Below, in pieces: positions 19,613-29,379 of a DNA stretch of 64,000 bases. The notes under the pieces are model-generated. The model was given only the letters and a program-made list of their open reading frames with translations, was not told where the DNA came from and made no database searches. The first letter of the stretch is position 1. Every line of letters begins with the position of its first letter. This DNA is from a virus, in the IMG/VR virus record IMGVR_UViG_3300032213_001813, positions 64,001-128,000 of that record. One strand, written 5' to 3'. The position numbers were made by a program, and so were the translations under genes.

Positions 19613-20800
19613 ATGGAAAACAATTTTAAAATGCCTTTGATGACCGATAATATCTTTAGAGATGATATCAATAATCTAATAGAGTTTCTTCAACAAGACC
19701 CAATTCCAAGACTTACTAATGGTCCGAAGATTTTCGAATTTGAACAAAAATGGAATGAGTGGTTGGGTACAAAGTATAGTGTGATGGTAAATTCAGGAGC
19801 ATCTGCAAATGAATTAACTATGTTAGCATTAAGTTATATACATGGTAACGATGGAGAAATTATTGTACCACCATTGACTTGGATTTCTGATATATCATCT
19901 GTTGTATTTAGTGGATTCAAACCTGTGTTTTGTGATATCAATATGAAAAATCTTTCATTTGATATGGATAAGTTAATGGGTGTGATTACTGATAAAACAA
20001 AAGCAATATTTGTAACTCACGTTTTGGGATTAAATGCATTAACTGATGAGTTAATTGAATTATGTAATGAAAGGGGTATATTACTAATTGAAGATTGCTG
20101 TGAATCGCATGGAGCAACATTCAAAGGACAGAAAGTTGGTTCAATTGGATATGCTAGTAATTTTAGTTTTTACTTTGCACATCATATGAGTACTATTGAG
20201 GGTGGTATTATTAGTACAAATGATTACGAGTTTTATCAGATTCTTAGAGCATTACGTTCGCATGGAATGGCTAGGGAAATGAGTGATGAAACAATGAGAC
20301 AAAAGTATATTGATGATAACCCAATGTTATCCAAAGATTTTATTTTCATAACACCATCTCACAATTTTAGAACAACCGAAATAAATGCAGTATTGGGATT
20401 AAGTCAATTACCTAAGTTAGATATTCAAAATCTAAATCGTGTTAGGAATTTTAATCACTTTATTGGTAATATAGATTCTGATAAATTTATAACTGATTTG
20501 GATATCGAAGGACAATCCAATTACGCATTTATTTTGATTATGAAAGATAAATCATTTGAATTAAGAGATAAGATTGAAAATACTTTATCAGAGCATGGTA
20601 TTGAATTTAGAAGAGGATTATCTGGTGGTGGTAATCAATTATTACAACCATATATAAGAAAGAATTTTGATATCAATCACGTAGATTTTCCTAATATGGA
20701 ACATATACATAACTTTAGTTGGTATATTGGAAATCACCCACATTTAGAAATGGAAAAAATTGATTCATTGGTAAACCTATTAAACGAAACAGTAAAATAA
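19613..20800 (+). CDS. NDP-4-keto-6-deoxyhexose 3-dehydratase (ColD/DdhC-like, DegT fold)
   Basis: NSGASAN, EDCCE, SFYFAHHMSTIEGG with His at the position of the aminotransferase Lys. Confidence 0.8.
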   Translation: MENNFKMPLMTDNIFRDDINNLIEFLQQDPIPRLTNGPKIFEFEQKWNEWLGTKYSVMVNSGASANELTMLALSYIHGNDGEIIVPPLTWISDISSVVFSGFKPVFCDINMKNLSFDMDKLMGVITDKTKAIFVTHVLGLNALTDELIELCNERGILLIEDCCESHGATFKGQKVGSIGYASNFSFYFAHHMSTIEGGIISTNDYEFYQILRALRSHGMAREMSDETMRQKYIDDNPMLSKDFIFITPSHNFRTTEINAVLGLSQLPKLDIQNLNRVRNFNHFIGNIDSDKFITDLDIEGQSNYAFILIMKDKSFELRDKIENTLSEHGIEFRRGLSGGGNQLLQPYIRKNFDINHVDFPNMEHIHNFSWYIGNHPHLEMEKIDSLVNLLNETVK

Positions 20801-21660
20801 TGATAACTTTTCACAAATTAGGGGAATTGGGTAGGTTAGGTAATCAGTTATTTCAATATGCTGCATTAAAAGGATTGGGTTTACGGAACGGATATGAGGT
20901 AGTAATACCAAATCCACAAACAATGAATTGGCATGGGCAGACTTGTTTATTAGACCAATTTAACATTGAAGCTGGGTATTTGGATGACCAGAATATGTCC
21001 CAAATCCAATATATGTATTCAGAACCAAATTGGAATAAATATGACCCTACCTTTTTTGAAATACCCGATGGCAGTACAATCGAAGGTTTCTTTCAGAGTA
21101 CTTTTTATTTTGAAGGATTTGAAGAGCAAATTAAGAAAGAGCTAACGCCTAAATCGGAATTAGTTGAACAAAATAGAGAGTTCATAAATAAGATTAAATC
21201 TGAAAATGAAGGTTATGAAATAGTAAGTGTGCATGTTAGGAGAGGAGATAATATGACTAATGGTCAGACTGGTTTGATACAAGCATTTGAACCGGGTGGG
21301 ATGTATGAACAATACTTTAACAATGCTAAAAAAGTTTTTGATGGTAAGAATGTAAAGTTTTTAGTGTTTACTGGAGGACAGAGATTCAACGAAGATAATT
21401 CAACTGATGTAGAGTGGTGTAAAAACTTCTTCAAAGGAGATGAGTTTTTGTTTTCGGAAGGTCAGCCACAAATAGATGATTTTTGTAGAATTATGTTATG
21501 TGACCACAATATACTTTCGCACGCTAGTAGTTTTGGTTGGTGGGCAGCATATGTAAATCCAAATCCAAATAAAATAGTAGTAGCTCCTGAATACTACCAT
21601 CCAGATGAACCTGGTTTGAAAAGGGATAAGTTTTATCCAACGGAGTTTGTACAAGTTTAA
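20800..21660 (+). CDS. GT11 alpha-1,2-fucosyltransferase-like glycosyltransferase
   Basis: GRLGNQLFQYA, VHVRRGD, SSFGWWAAY. Confidence 0.93.
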   Translation: MITFHKLGELGRLGNQLFQYAALKGLGLRNGYEVVIPNPQTMNWHGQTCLLDQFNIEAGYLDDQNMSQIQYMYSEPNWNKYDPTFFEIPDGSTIEGFFQSTFYFEGFEEQIKKELTPKSELVEQNREFINKIKSENEGYEIVSVHVRRGDNMTNGQTGLIQAFEPGGMYEQYFNNAKKVFDGKNVKFLVFTGGQRFNEDNSTDVEWCKNFFKGDEFLFSEGQPQIDDFCRIMLCDHNILSHASSFGWWAAYVNPNPNKIVVAPEYYHPDEPGLKRDKFYPTEFVQV

Positions 21661-21671
21661 CAAAATAAATT

Positions 21672-22373
21672 ATGAATTTAATATTTGATATAGGTTACAA
21701 TGAAGGAGAATTTACTGAAGTTTGTTTTAGTAAATATCCAAACGCAAGTGTGATAGCGGTAGAAGCTAATCCAAATTTATGTAGTATGTTGAAAAGAGAA
21801 TTTTCGGTAAATTACAACTTTTTATTACTAAACAATTTAGTATCCAATGTTGTAGGTGAAGAAATTGATTTTTATATATCTCACGAATCAACCGGAGTAT
21901 CTACGGCATCTACCGAATTTATGAATAATTCCCGATTTACAAAGGGTAGTAAAAATGTAGGAGCTAATTCGGTAAATTGGGCACCTCCTGTTAAAATAGA
22001 ATCCATAACAATTGATTCTATGATTGAAACATATGGTATACCTGATTTAATTAAAATTGATGTTGAGGGGTATGAATATACTGTGTTAAGTGGATTAACT
22101 CAAAAAGCTAGTGATATTTGCTTTGAGTGGCATGAGGAAGAAAAGGATAGTTTATACAAAATATTAGACCATTTACAAAGTATAGGTTACACACAATTTG
22201 GTGTAATTGGGTGGTTTGATGAAGGTGATGTATTTCCAAAAGCAACATTTTCTGATAAGGGAGACCCTTATTTAGAATACCCAAAAAACTTCTATACTTT
22301 GGAAGAATTAGAATTAGATAAATTAATACAACCAGAAAGAAGAGTAAATTACGGAATGTTTTTTGCACGATAA
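21672..22373 (+). CDS. FkbM-family methyltransferase
   Basis: DIGYNEG, VEANP, KIDVEGYE. Confidence 0.9.
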   Translation: MNLIFDIGYNEGEFTEVCFSKYPNASVIAVEANPNLCSMLKREFSVNYNFLLLNNLVSNVVGEEIDFYISHESTGVSTASTEFMNNSRFTKGSKNVGANSVNWAPPVKIESITIDSMIETYGIPDLIKIDVEGYEYTVLSGLTQKASDICFEWHEEEKDSLYKILDHLQSIGYTQFGVIGWFDEGDVFPKATFSDKGDPYLEYPKNFYTLEELELDKLIQPERRVNYGMFFAR

Positions 22374-22386
22374 ATAAAAACAAATT

Positions 22387-23340
22387 ATGAATATAGAACA
22401 ATTTAAAAACAAAAAGATTTTAATTACTGGAGCAGGTGGGTTTGTTGGCAGTAATTTAGTTACTGAATTAAAAACTCAAGGATTTACAAACCTATTAACA
22501 CCAGCAACATCCGAACTTAATTTAATTAACCAATCGGAAGTTGAAAAATATTTTGAAGAAAATAAACCCGAAGTTGTATTACACATTGCTGGTTTGGTTG
22601 GTGGTATTGCGGCTAACAAAGCTAGACCAGGTGAGTTCTTCTACAACAATGCAATGGTTGGTATTAACATAACCCATTTTGCTTATAAATACGGAGCAGA
22701 AAAAGTGGTATCCTTAGCAGCGGGTTGTGGTTATCCAAAAGAAATACCCGTACCATTTTCGGAAGATGATTTTTGGAATGGATTACCTGATATGAATTCT
22801 TATGGATATTCATTGGCTAAGAAAAACTTAATAGTACAGGGTTGGGCATATAAACAACAATATGGATTTAATACAACGGTATTGATTCCTGCTAACTTAT
22901 ACGGACCTTATGATAACTTCCATTTAGAAAATTCGCATGTTGTACCAGCGTTGATTAGAAAGTTTTTGGCAGCTAAAGAATCCAACTCACCAACTGTTGA
23001 AGTTTGGGGAACTGGTAAAGCAACTAGAGAATTCCTTTTTGTAGATGATACGGTTAGAGCAATCATAGATGCTATGGCTTGTGATGAAGTAGGTCCTTTT
23101 AATTTGGGAACTGGTGTTGAGACATCTATCAAAGAATTAAACGAAACCATAGCTAAATTAATAGGTTATGAAGGTGAGATTGTTTGGGATACAACTAGAC
23201 CGGATGGACAACCTAAGAGATTCTATGATATGAGTAAATTTAAAGAAACATTTGGTTATGTACCATCAACTCCATTAGAGGATGGATTGAAAAAAACAAT
23301 TGATTGGTATTTGAACAATAAAGAAACCGCTAGATTATAA
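22387..23340 (+). CDS. fcl: GDP-L-fucose synthase / ColC-like epimerase-reductase
   Basis: GAGGFVG, AGLVGGI, YSLAK, PANLYGP, SHVVPAL, WGTG...REF. Confidence 0.9.
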   Translation: MNIEQFKNKKILITGAGGFVGSNLVTELKTQGFTNLLTPATSELNLINQSEVEKYFEENKPEVVLHIAGLVGGIAANKARPGEFFYNNAMVGINITHFAYKYGAEKVVSLAAGCGYPKEIPVPFSEDDFWNGLPDMNSYGYSLAKKNLIVQGWAYKQQYGFNTTVLIPANLYGPYDNFHLENSHVVPALIRKFLAAKESNSPTVEVWGTGKATREFLFVDDTVRAIIDAMACDEVGPFNLGTGVETSIKELNETIAKLIGYEGEIVWDTTRPDGQPKRFYDMSKFKETFGYVPSTPLEDGLKKTIDWYLNNKETARL

Positions 23341-24131
23341 TGAAAGAAATTAATTTAAAATATGAGATACCACAAAATGTAACCAAAGCTAGAATAGATG
23401 TGGGCATGTGTATGACATCCCCACATGCGGCTTTATGGTTTCATAAATATGATAATATATGTGTTATTGGTGTAGAACCAAATCCATATAATTACGAAAG
23501 ATTATTTGATGGTGAAAACGGAATAAATGATTACAAAGTGGTAGTAAACGAAAATGCAGTAAAAATAAATAATGAAACTGTATGTAATTATGTTGAAAAG
23601 GGTAATTACTTTTTTCCAATTGAAGCCGCAATTGATAATGTGGATGAGGTTTGTACAAAAACATTCTATTGTACATCAATGTTAAATACAGGATGTTCAT
23701 CTTTGCATAAACCAATAGATGGTTCAGCTGGATTGAATGGTGTTACTACTGAAAGTGAGGTTGATGTAAATGTTATTTCATTGAAAATGGTATTAGATAA
23801 TTTTCCTTGGGATAGAATACCTGCAATAGAATTATTAAAAACCGATACTCAATCAAACGATTTGAATGTAATCAAAAGTTGTAAAGAGTATTTAAGTAAA
23901 ATATGTTTTATACATTCTGAATATTATGCACATTCTTCATACGATGGTGAAAAATCACAAAATGAATGCTTTGTAGAGTTTGACAATTATATGAAAGAAA
24001 ATAATTTTAGATGTTATTATAATAGTGCTACTGATGCTAGTTATATAAACAACGATTTATTAGAATACATATTTGCAAACAGCGTACTCAATGATGTGTT
24101 TGAATTTCAAAATGGTTATAATTTTATATAA
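23340..24131 (+). CDS. FkbM-like methyltransferase
   Basis: GVEPNP, LKTDTQSND. Confidence 0.7.
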   Translation: MKEINLKYEIPQNVTKARIDVGMCMTSPHAALWFHKYDNICVIGVEPNPYNYERLFDGENGINDYKVVVNENAVKINNETVCNYVEKGNYFFPIEAAIDNVDEVCTKTFYCTSMLNTGCSSLHKPIDGSAGLNGVTTESEVDVNVISLKMVLDNFPWDRIPAIELLKTDTQSNDLNVIKSCKEYLSKICFIHSEYYAHSSYDGEKSQNECFVEFDNYMKENNFRCYYNSATDASYINNDLLEYIFANSVLNDVFEFQNGYNFI

Positions 24132-24134
24132 AAT

Positions 24135-25112
24135 ATGAAGAGAGTTTTAATTACAGGTGGAGCTGGTTTTATTGGTTCGCATCTTACAAAAAGATTAGTT
24201 AAAGAAGGTTACAATATTACGGTAATCGATAATTTGGAAAGAGGTAAGGCTGAATTTATATCAGATGTAATAAATGATATTAAATTTGTTCAAGCTGATT
24301 TAAGAGTTTGGGATGATGTAAAGGATTTGTTTTTAGATAAGGATATAATAATCCACTTAGCTTCTAAAGTTGGTGGTATTGGTACTTACTTATCTAAACC
24401 ATATGATGTGATGAACGCTAATATGGAAATGGACAGTAACGTATTAAGGGGTATCATTGAAAATAAAATCACTAAATACTTTTACGCATCATCAGCACAC
24501 ATTTATCCAAAGGAATTGCAAACGATAGCCGATTCTCCAATGATTAAAGAATCAGATGCATATCCAGCCAATCCAGAACTAACATATGGTTGGGCAAAGT
24601 TAATTGGTGAAAAGGCAATTGAATCTGCGGTAGTTGAGTATGATTGGATGAATGTAGCAATTGCAAGATTCATTGGTATCTACGGACCAAATCAAGATTT
24701 CCAATTAGAGACAGGTTCGGTTATTCCGGTGTTTTCACATAGAGGTGTGAAGTATCCCGAAGTACCATTTAGAATTTGGGGAACTGGAACTGAAACCCGT
24801 TCGTATTGTTTCATTGAAGATGCATTGGATTGTATTCAAAAAATGGTTGAAGCATTGGATACTAAGCAATTGGTTGGACCTTACAATGTTGGAAAGGGTG
24901 AGAGATGTACCATATCAGATATAGCAGAGACTGTTGTTGATATTAGTGGTAAATACATCCAAATAGAATACGATACAACAAAGAACACAGTAATTTGGGG
25001 ACAGTGGTGTGATTGTAGTTTAGTAAAAGAAGAGTTGGGATGGGAAGCAAAGACTTCGTTGAGAGAGGGATTGGAAGTAGTATATAACGATATAAAAAAT
25101 AGATTAGTATGA
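24135..25112 (+). CDS. NAD-dependent epimerase (GDP-mannose 3,5-epimerase-like)
   Basis: GGAGFIG, YASSAHIYP, YGWAK, IYGP. Confidence 0.85.
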   Translation: MKRVLITGGAGFIGSHLTKRLVKEGYNITVIDNLERGKAEFISDVINDIKFVQADLRVWDDVKDLFLDKDIIIHLASKVGGIGTYLSKPYDVMNANMEMDSNVLRGIIENKITKYFYASSAHIYPKELQTIADSPMIKESDAYPANPELTYGWAKLIGEKAIESAVVEYDWMNVAIARFIGIYGPNQDFQLETGSVIPVFSHRGVKYPEVPFRIWGTGTETRSYCFIEDALDCIQKMVEALDTKQLVGPYNVGKGERCTISDIAETVVDISGKYIQIEYDTTKNTVIWGQWCDCSLVKEELGWEAKTSLREGLEVVYNDIKNRLV

Positions 25113-26053
25113 GCAAAGAAAAAGTTTTAATTACCGGCGGTGCTGGGTATTTAGGTTCTACATTAACGGAGCACCTATTAAATGAAGGTTATTCAGTAAC
25201 GGTATTGGATAATCTATCTTACAAACAATTATCACTATTACACCTTTTCAAAAGAGAAGGTTTTAAATTTGAGATGGGTGATGTAAGAAACAAAGAATTA
25301 CTACAAAAGTTAGTAGGGGAGCATGATGTGATTATTCCATTAGCTGCAATCGTTGGAATGCCGGCATGTAAAGCAAACCCTGATTTGACAATAGCAGTAA
25401 ATTATCAGCAGGTAGTTGATGTGATTGAAGTCCTAAGAGATAACCAAAAGTTAATCTTACCAAATACTAATTCACAATATGGTTCATCTGATTCAATCAT
25501 TACCGAAGACTCACCATTTAATCCATTATCATTATACGCAGAAACAAAATGTAATGCGGAGAATGCTTTATTAGCAAATGGAAATGGTGTATCATTGAGA
25601 TTGGCAACGGTGTTTGGTGTATCACCTCGAATGAGACAGGATTTGTTGGTAAATGATTTCGTTTATAAAAGTGCAGTAGATGGTTACTTAGTGTTGTTTG
25701 AAGGACACTTTAAGAGAAACTACATTCACGTTCAGGACATAGCTAGAACATTCCAATTCATCATTGAGAATTATGATGCTTGTAAGGGCGAGGCATTCAA
25801 CGTAGGATTATCAACTGCTAACTTATCAAAGTTGGAATTGGCAGAAAAGATTAAATCACATATACCATCTTTGGTTATTAAGGAAGATGATTTCAAAGAA
25901 GATTTTGATAAAAGAAACTATATCGTATCAAATGATAAGTTAGAGAGTAGAGGTTGGAAACCTATTTACGATTTAGATTATGGTATCAAACAATTGTTAG
26001 AAGCATACAAAGTAATTATTAAATATAACAACAAAAACTTTACAAATTTATAA
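25109..26053 (+). CDS. NAD-dependent epimerase/dehydratase (SDR)
   Basis: GGAGYLG, YAETK, LRLATVFG. Confidence 0.9.
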   Translation: MSKEKVLITGGAGYLGSTLTEHLLNEGYSVTVLDNLSYKQLSLLHLFKREGFKFEMGDVRNKELLQKLVGEHDVIIPLAAIVGMPACKANPDLTIAVNYQQVVDVIEVLRDNQKLILPNTNSQYGSSDSIITEDSPFNPLSLYAETKCNAENALLANGNGVSLRLATVFGVSPRMRQDLLVNDFVYKSAVDGYLVLFEGHFKRNYIHVQDIARTFQFIIENYDACKGEAFNVGLSTANLSKLELAEKIKSHIPSLVIKEDDFKEDFDKRNYIVSNDKLESRGWKPIYDLDYGIKQLLEAYKVIIKYNNKNFTNL

Positions 26054-26054
26054 T

Positions 26055-26459
26055 ATGGAAGAGAGAAAATATTTACCAACATTAAGTGAATTGATTGATA
26101 GATTATCTATTGTTCAATTAAAAGAAGTATTCATTACAGACCACAAAGCAGAATATGCTGAAGAGATTGCAGCAATTGTGCATGATATTCAATTGTATTT
26201 GGATGAGAGTACGGAAGCTGTAACTGCCGAAACTATTAGAGCAGTTGTAGTTCTTTCACAAATGAACTTACATATTTGGCATAATGAATCCAACTATCGT
26301 AAAGGAATCAGAGATGGTAACAACTTGGAATTAACACATGGATTAAATGGTATTCGTAACGTAGCTAAGAACAAAATCCAAGAGGTGAATGGTGGTAGAA
26401 AAGATTACAAAATTGATTGCTTAGCAGCAGAATTTAAAGATTGGGAAATTAGTTGGTAA
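26055..26459 (+). CDS. hypothetical protein (DUF4254-like)
   Basis: LIDRLSI motif; often found in sugar clusters. Confidence 0.5.
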   Translation: MEERKYLPTLSELIDRLSIVQLKEVFITDHKAEYAEEIAAIVHDIQLYLDESTEAVTAETIRAVVVLSQMNLHIWHNESNYRKGIRDGNNLELTHGLNGIRNVAKNKIQEVNGGRKDYKIDCLAAEFKDWEISW

Positions 26460-26460
26460 T

Positions 26461-27213
26461 ATGAATATATTAGTTATAGGAGATAGTTGTATTGATGTTT
26501 ATGTTTATGGTAAAGCAGATAGACTTTGCCCTGAAGCACCCGTTCCTGTGTTTATCCCTAAAAGGGAGACACGGACGGGTGGTATGGCAGCTAATGTATT
26601 TGAAAACATAGAATCATTGGAAGTGGACGTTCATTTAGTTACCAATGAGAATCCGGTAACTAAAACCCGATATGTGGAAGAAAAGACAAATCACCAAATC
26701 ATACGAATAGATTCCGAAACATCCGCTATCCCAAGAATTAAAAATTTGGATAAGATTAAGTTTGAGGATTATGATGCAGTTATTATATCGGACTACAATA
26801 AAGGGTTATTAACATATGAAGATATTCAGTTCATTTGTAAATCACATCCATCGGTTTTCATAGATACTAAAAAGATTGTCAATGAATATATGTTAGATGC
26901 CAAATTCATTAAGATAAACGAATACGAATATGCAAACAACATAGCAGCTGGACAGTATTTCAAAGAGTTCTATGATAAGTTAATTGTAACTATGAGTGGA
27001 AAGGGATGTAAGTATATGGAAACCGAATACAATGTAGATGAGGTGGAGGTTAGAGATAATAGTGGAGCTGGTGATACATTCATATCAGGTTTAGTAGTTG
27101 AGTGGTGTAGGAGTGGTGATATTGGTAAAGCAATATTATACGCAAACGAATGTGCTACGATAGTGGTACAACACAAAGGAGTAACAAAAGTAGGAAATTA
27201 TATTAAGAAATGA
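26461..27213 (+). CDS. hldE: heptose-7-phosphate kinase (HldE/RfaE kinase domain, PfkB family)
   Basis: GDSCID.Y, PEAPVP, GMAANV, SDYNKG, GAGDT. Confidence 0.88.
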   Translation: MNILVIGDSCIDVYVYGKADRLCPEAPVPVFIPKRETRTGGMAANVFENIESLEVDVHLVTNENPVTKTRYVEEKTNHQIIRIDSETSAIPRIKNLDKIKFEDYDAVIISDYNKGLLTYEDIQFICKSHPSVFIDTKKIVNEYMLDAKFIKINEYEYANNIAAGQYFKEFYDKLIVTMSGKGCKYMETEYNVDEVEVRDNSGAGDTFISGLVVEWCRSGDIGKAILYANECATIVVQHKGVTKVGNYIKK

Positions 27214-28442
27214 CAAAGAACCAACCAATAAGTTTTATTATACCCTGCCGAAATAACTTACCTTATTTAAAGCAGGCAGTTAGTAGTATTGAAAAACACT
27301 ATGGAACATATCACCACATCATTATATTAGATGATGCATCAACCGATGGTACTTGGGAGTGGATAAACTCGTTAGAGGGAGAACACTATACAAAATATCG
27401 TAATGAATCATCAGATAGAGTTGGACATACAGTTTTATATGATGTTGGTATTAAATTGGCAACAACACCGATTGTTACAATTTTACATTCGGATATGGTA
27501 GTTACTGAAAACTATGTTGGTAATATGTTAAAGCACCTAAAACCGATGACGGTAGTGAGTGCTACTCGTATAGAACCACCACTACACCCACCGGGACCCG
27601 AAAAGTATGTAATGAACTTTGGATTGGAAGTTGATGAATTTTTTGCAAAAGAAGATGCATTTACACACTTTGTTGCTACATTGGAAACTCAAAATGAAGG
27701 GTTGGTAACATATGGTATATTTGCACCTTGGATGTTATACAAAGAAGATTTTACATCAATAGGTGGACATGATTTATTGTTTGCACCTATGGAGTTGGAA
27801 GATTCGGATATATTCAATAGAATGGATTTAGCTGAATATAAGTTGGTACAAAGTAGAGATGCATTTGTATATCATATGACTTGTAGAGGTAGTAGATTCA
27901 AAGATGGTATTGAAATTGAAAGAGAGATACCACTACCGGATGGAACAATTTGGTACAAACCCAAAGATTCGGTAGAATATACAAAATTAAGAGAGAATAA
28001 GTTCAGAGAGTGGTGGAGAAAATGGCATACAAATGTGTTGCACGATGATAATATGCTACCAATAGTACCAAATAGATATGATACTACGTTTGTAATTATA
28101 AATTGTACACCACAATTACTTTCTGTATTAGAACCTTGGTGTGATAGAATATATGTAGATTGTGAATATAATTCCTATATTGAAAGTGAAAGTAAAGAAA
28201 CTATGTTTGATATATCTAAAAAAGTTTATTCGGTAAATGATGAATTGTTTGGAGATGTGGTAGTTAAATTTGATGGTTCTAAATTAACGCAAGAACATTA
28301 TCAGCAATTTATTATGAATCTGCCATTTGTAATTCAACAAAACGATTCAGTTGGTACATTTGATTGGGATATATTTGAAATAGAGATATATAAATTAACA
28401 ACAAAAGATATGATTAAGCCATTCTTTAAAAACGTATTTTAA
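27210..28442 (+). CDS. GT2 glycosyltransferase
   Basis: IIPCRN, DDASTDG, LHSD, EDSD. Confidence 0.9.
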   Translation: MTKNQPISFIIPCRNNLPYLKQAVSSIEKHYGTYHHIIILDDASTDGTWEWINSLEGEHYTKYRNESSDRVGHTVLYDVGIKLATTPIVTILHSDMVVTENYVGNMLKHLKPMTVVSATRIEPPLHPPGPEKYVMNFGLEVDEFFAKEDAFTHFVATLETQNEGLVTYGIFAPWMLYKEDFTSIGGHDLLFAPMELEDSDIFNRMDLAEYKLVQSRDAFVYHMTCRGSRFKDGIEIEREIPLPDGTIWYKPKDSVEYTKLRENKFREWWRKWHTNVLHDDNMLPIVPNRYDTTFVIINCTPQLLSVLEPWCDRIYVDCEYNSYIESESKETMFDISKKVYSVNDELFGDVVVKFDGSKLTQEHYQQFIMNLPFVIQQNDSVGTFDWDIFEIEIYKLTTKDMIKPFFKNVF

Positions 28443-28443
28443 A

Positions 28444-29337
28444 ATGAAAAAAAGAACATTAGTTTGCATACACGTAATGCCATCCGAATTAGAGATGTTT
28501 GAACGATTTATGCAACAATATCATAAAGCATTTCAATATTTGGATGAGAACGATGATGTGACACTTAAAGTAACACTTAACTTAAATCCAGAACTAACTG
28601 ATTGGGATAACAGTGAATTTAAGCAAGGATATTTTGTTGCAAGATTTGGTGTATTATTCAATGGTGTTAAAAATATAAATGAGGTAATATTAGATACATC
28701 ATGTTGGGGAACTACACAACAAAAAAGAGAAAGTTATAAGTTAGATTATGACCAATTTATATTTGTGGATACTGATATTTTGATGCATGAGCATATGTTA
28801 AAATATCAATTAAATGTATCTTATCAATTGGATGGTATTTACATATTATCACCATCATTACCAAAATGGTGGGATGATAGTTGGGAGGATTTATGCCATT
28901 CTGATTACAAAGATAAGCCATATGGTTATGCTATGGATGATAAAGGGGTTGCTGATAACACATTGGTTCAAGAAATAAAAGCTGTAACTGCAAGAGAAAT
29001 CGCAACTATTAAATTTGGATGTGGTATGCATACTCTATACTCTAAATCATTTTGGGAATTGGTTGGTATACCTGAATCATTTAAAGGTTATGGACCTGAA
29101 GATACATACGGAATGGCGGCATCAACGGTAGGTAATAAGTTGGGAGCTGGTATTAGACAATTTGTGTTAGATGGGGTGTATATTACCGAAGATTATTTTA
29201 ATAGAACTCCATCATATTCGGATAAAATTAAACCAATTGATAAAAAGAAAGAGTTTTATGATGCCGCACATGAATTGGGACAGGAAGAGGTAAAGAAATT
29301 TGTAGCAAAACTTATCGAAAATCAATCGAATAATTAA
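28444..29337 (+). CDS. GT-A glycosyltransferase-like protein
   Basis: FVDTD DxD motif, GYGPED. Confidence 0.7.
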   Translation: MKKRTLVCIHVMPSELEMFERFMQQYHKAFQYLDENDDVTLKVTLNLNPELTDWDNSEFKQGYFVARFGVLFNGVKNINEVILDTSCWGTTQQKRESYKLDYDQFIFVDTDILMHEHMLKYQLNVSYQLDGIYILSPSLPKWWDDSWEDLCHSDYKDKPYGYAMDDKGVADNTLVQEIKAVTAREIATIKFGCGMHTLYSKSFWELVGIPESFKGYGPEDTYGMAASTVGNKLGAGIRQFVLDGVYITEDYFNRTPSYSDKIKPIDKKKEFYDAAHELGQEEVKKFVAKLIENQSNN

Positions 29338-29344
29338 ATTTTTA

Positions 29345-29352
29345 TATTTATA
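29345..29352 (+). promoter_or_regulatory. putative late-promoter motif TATTTATA
   Basis: 28 nt upstream of ATG 29380. Confidence 0.45.
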
Positions 29353-29379
29353 TCTATAAAATTAGGTAAAATAAGTAGA

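Noticed and set aside
5048-29337. Host O-antigen or capsule locus, i.e. a bacterial chromosome
   Set aside because: No wzx, wzy, wzz or ABC exporter; flanked by T4-like replication and virion genes and a CCA-less tRNA array
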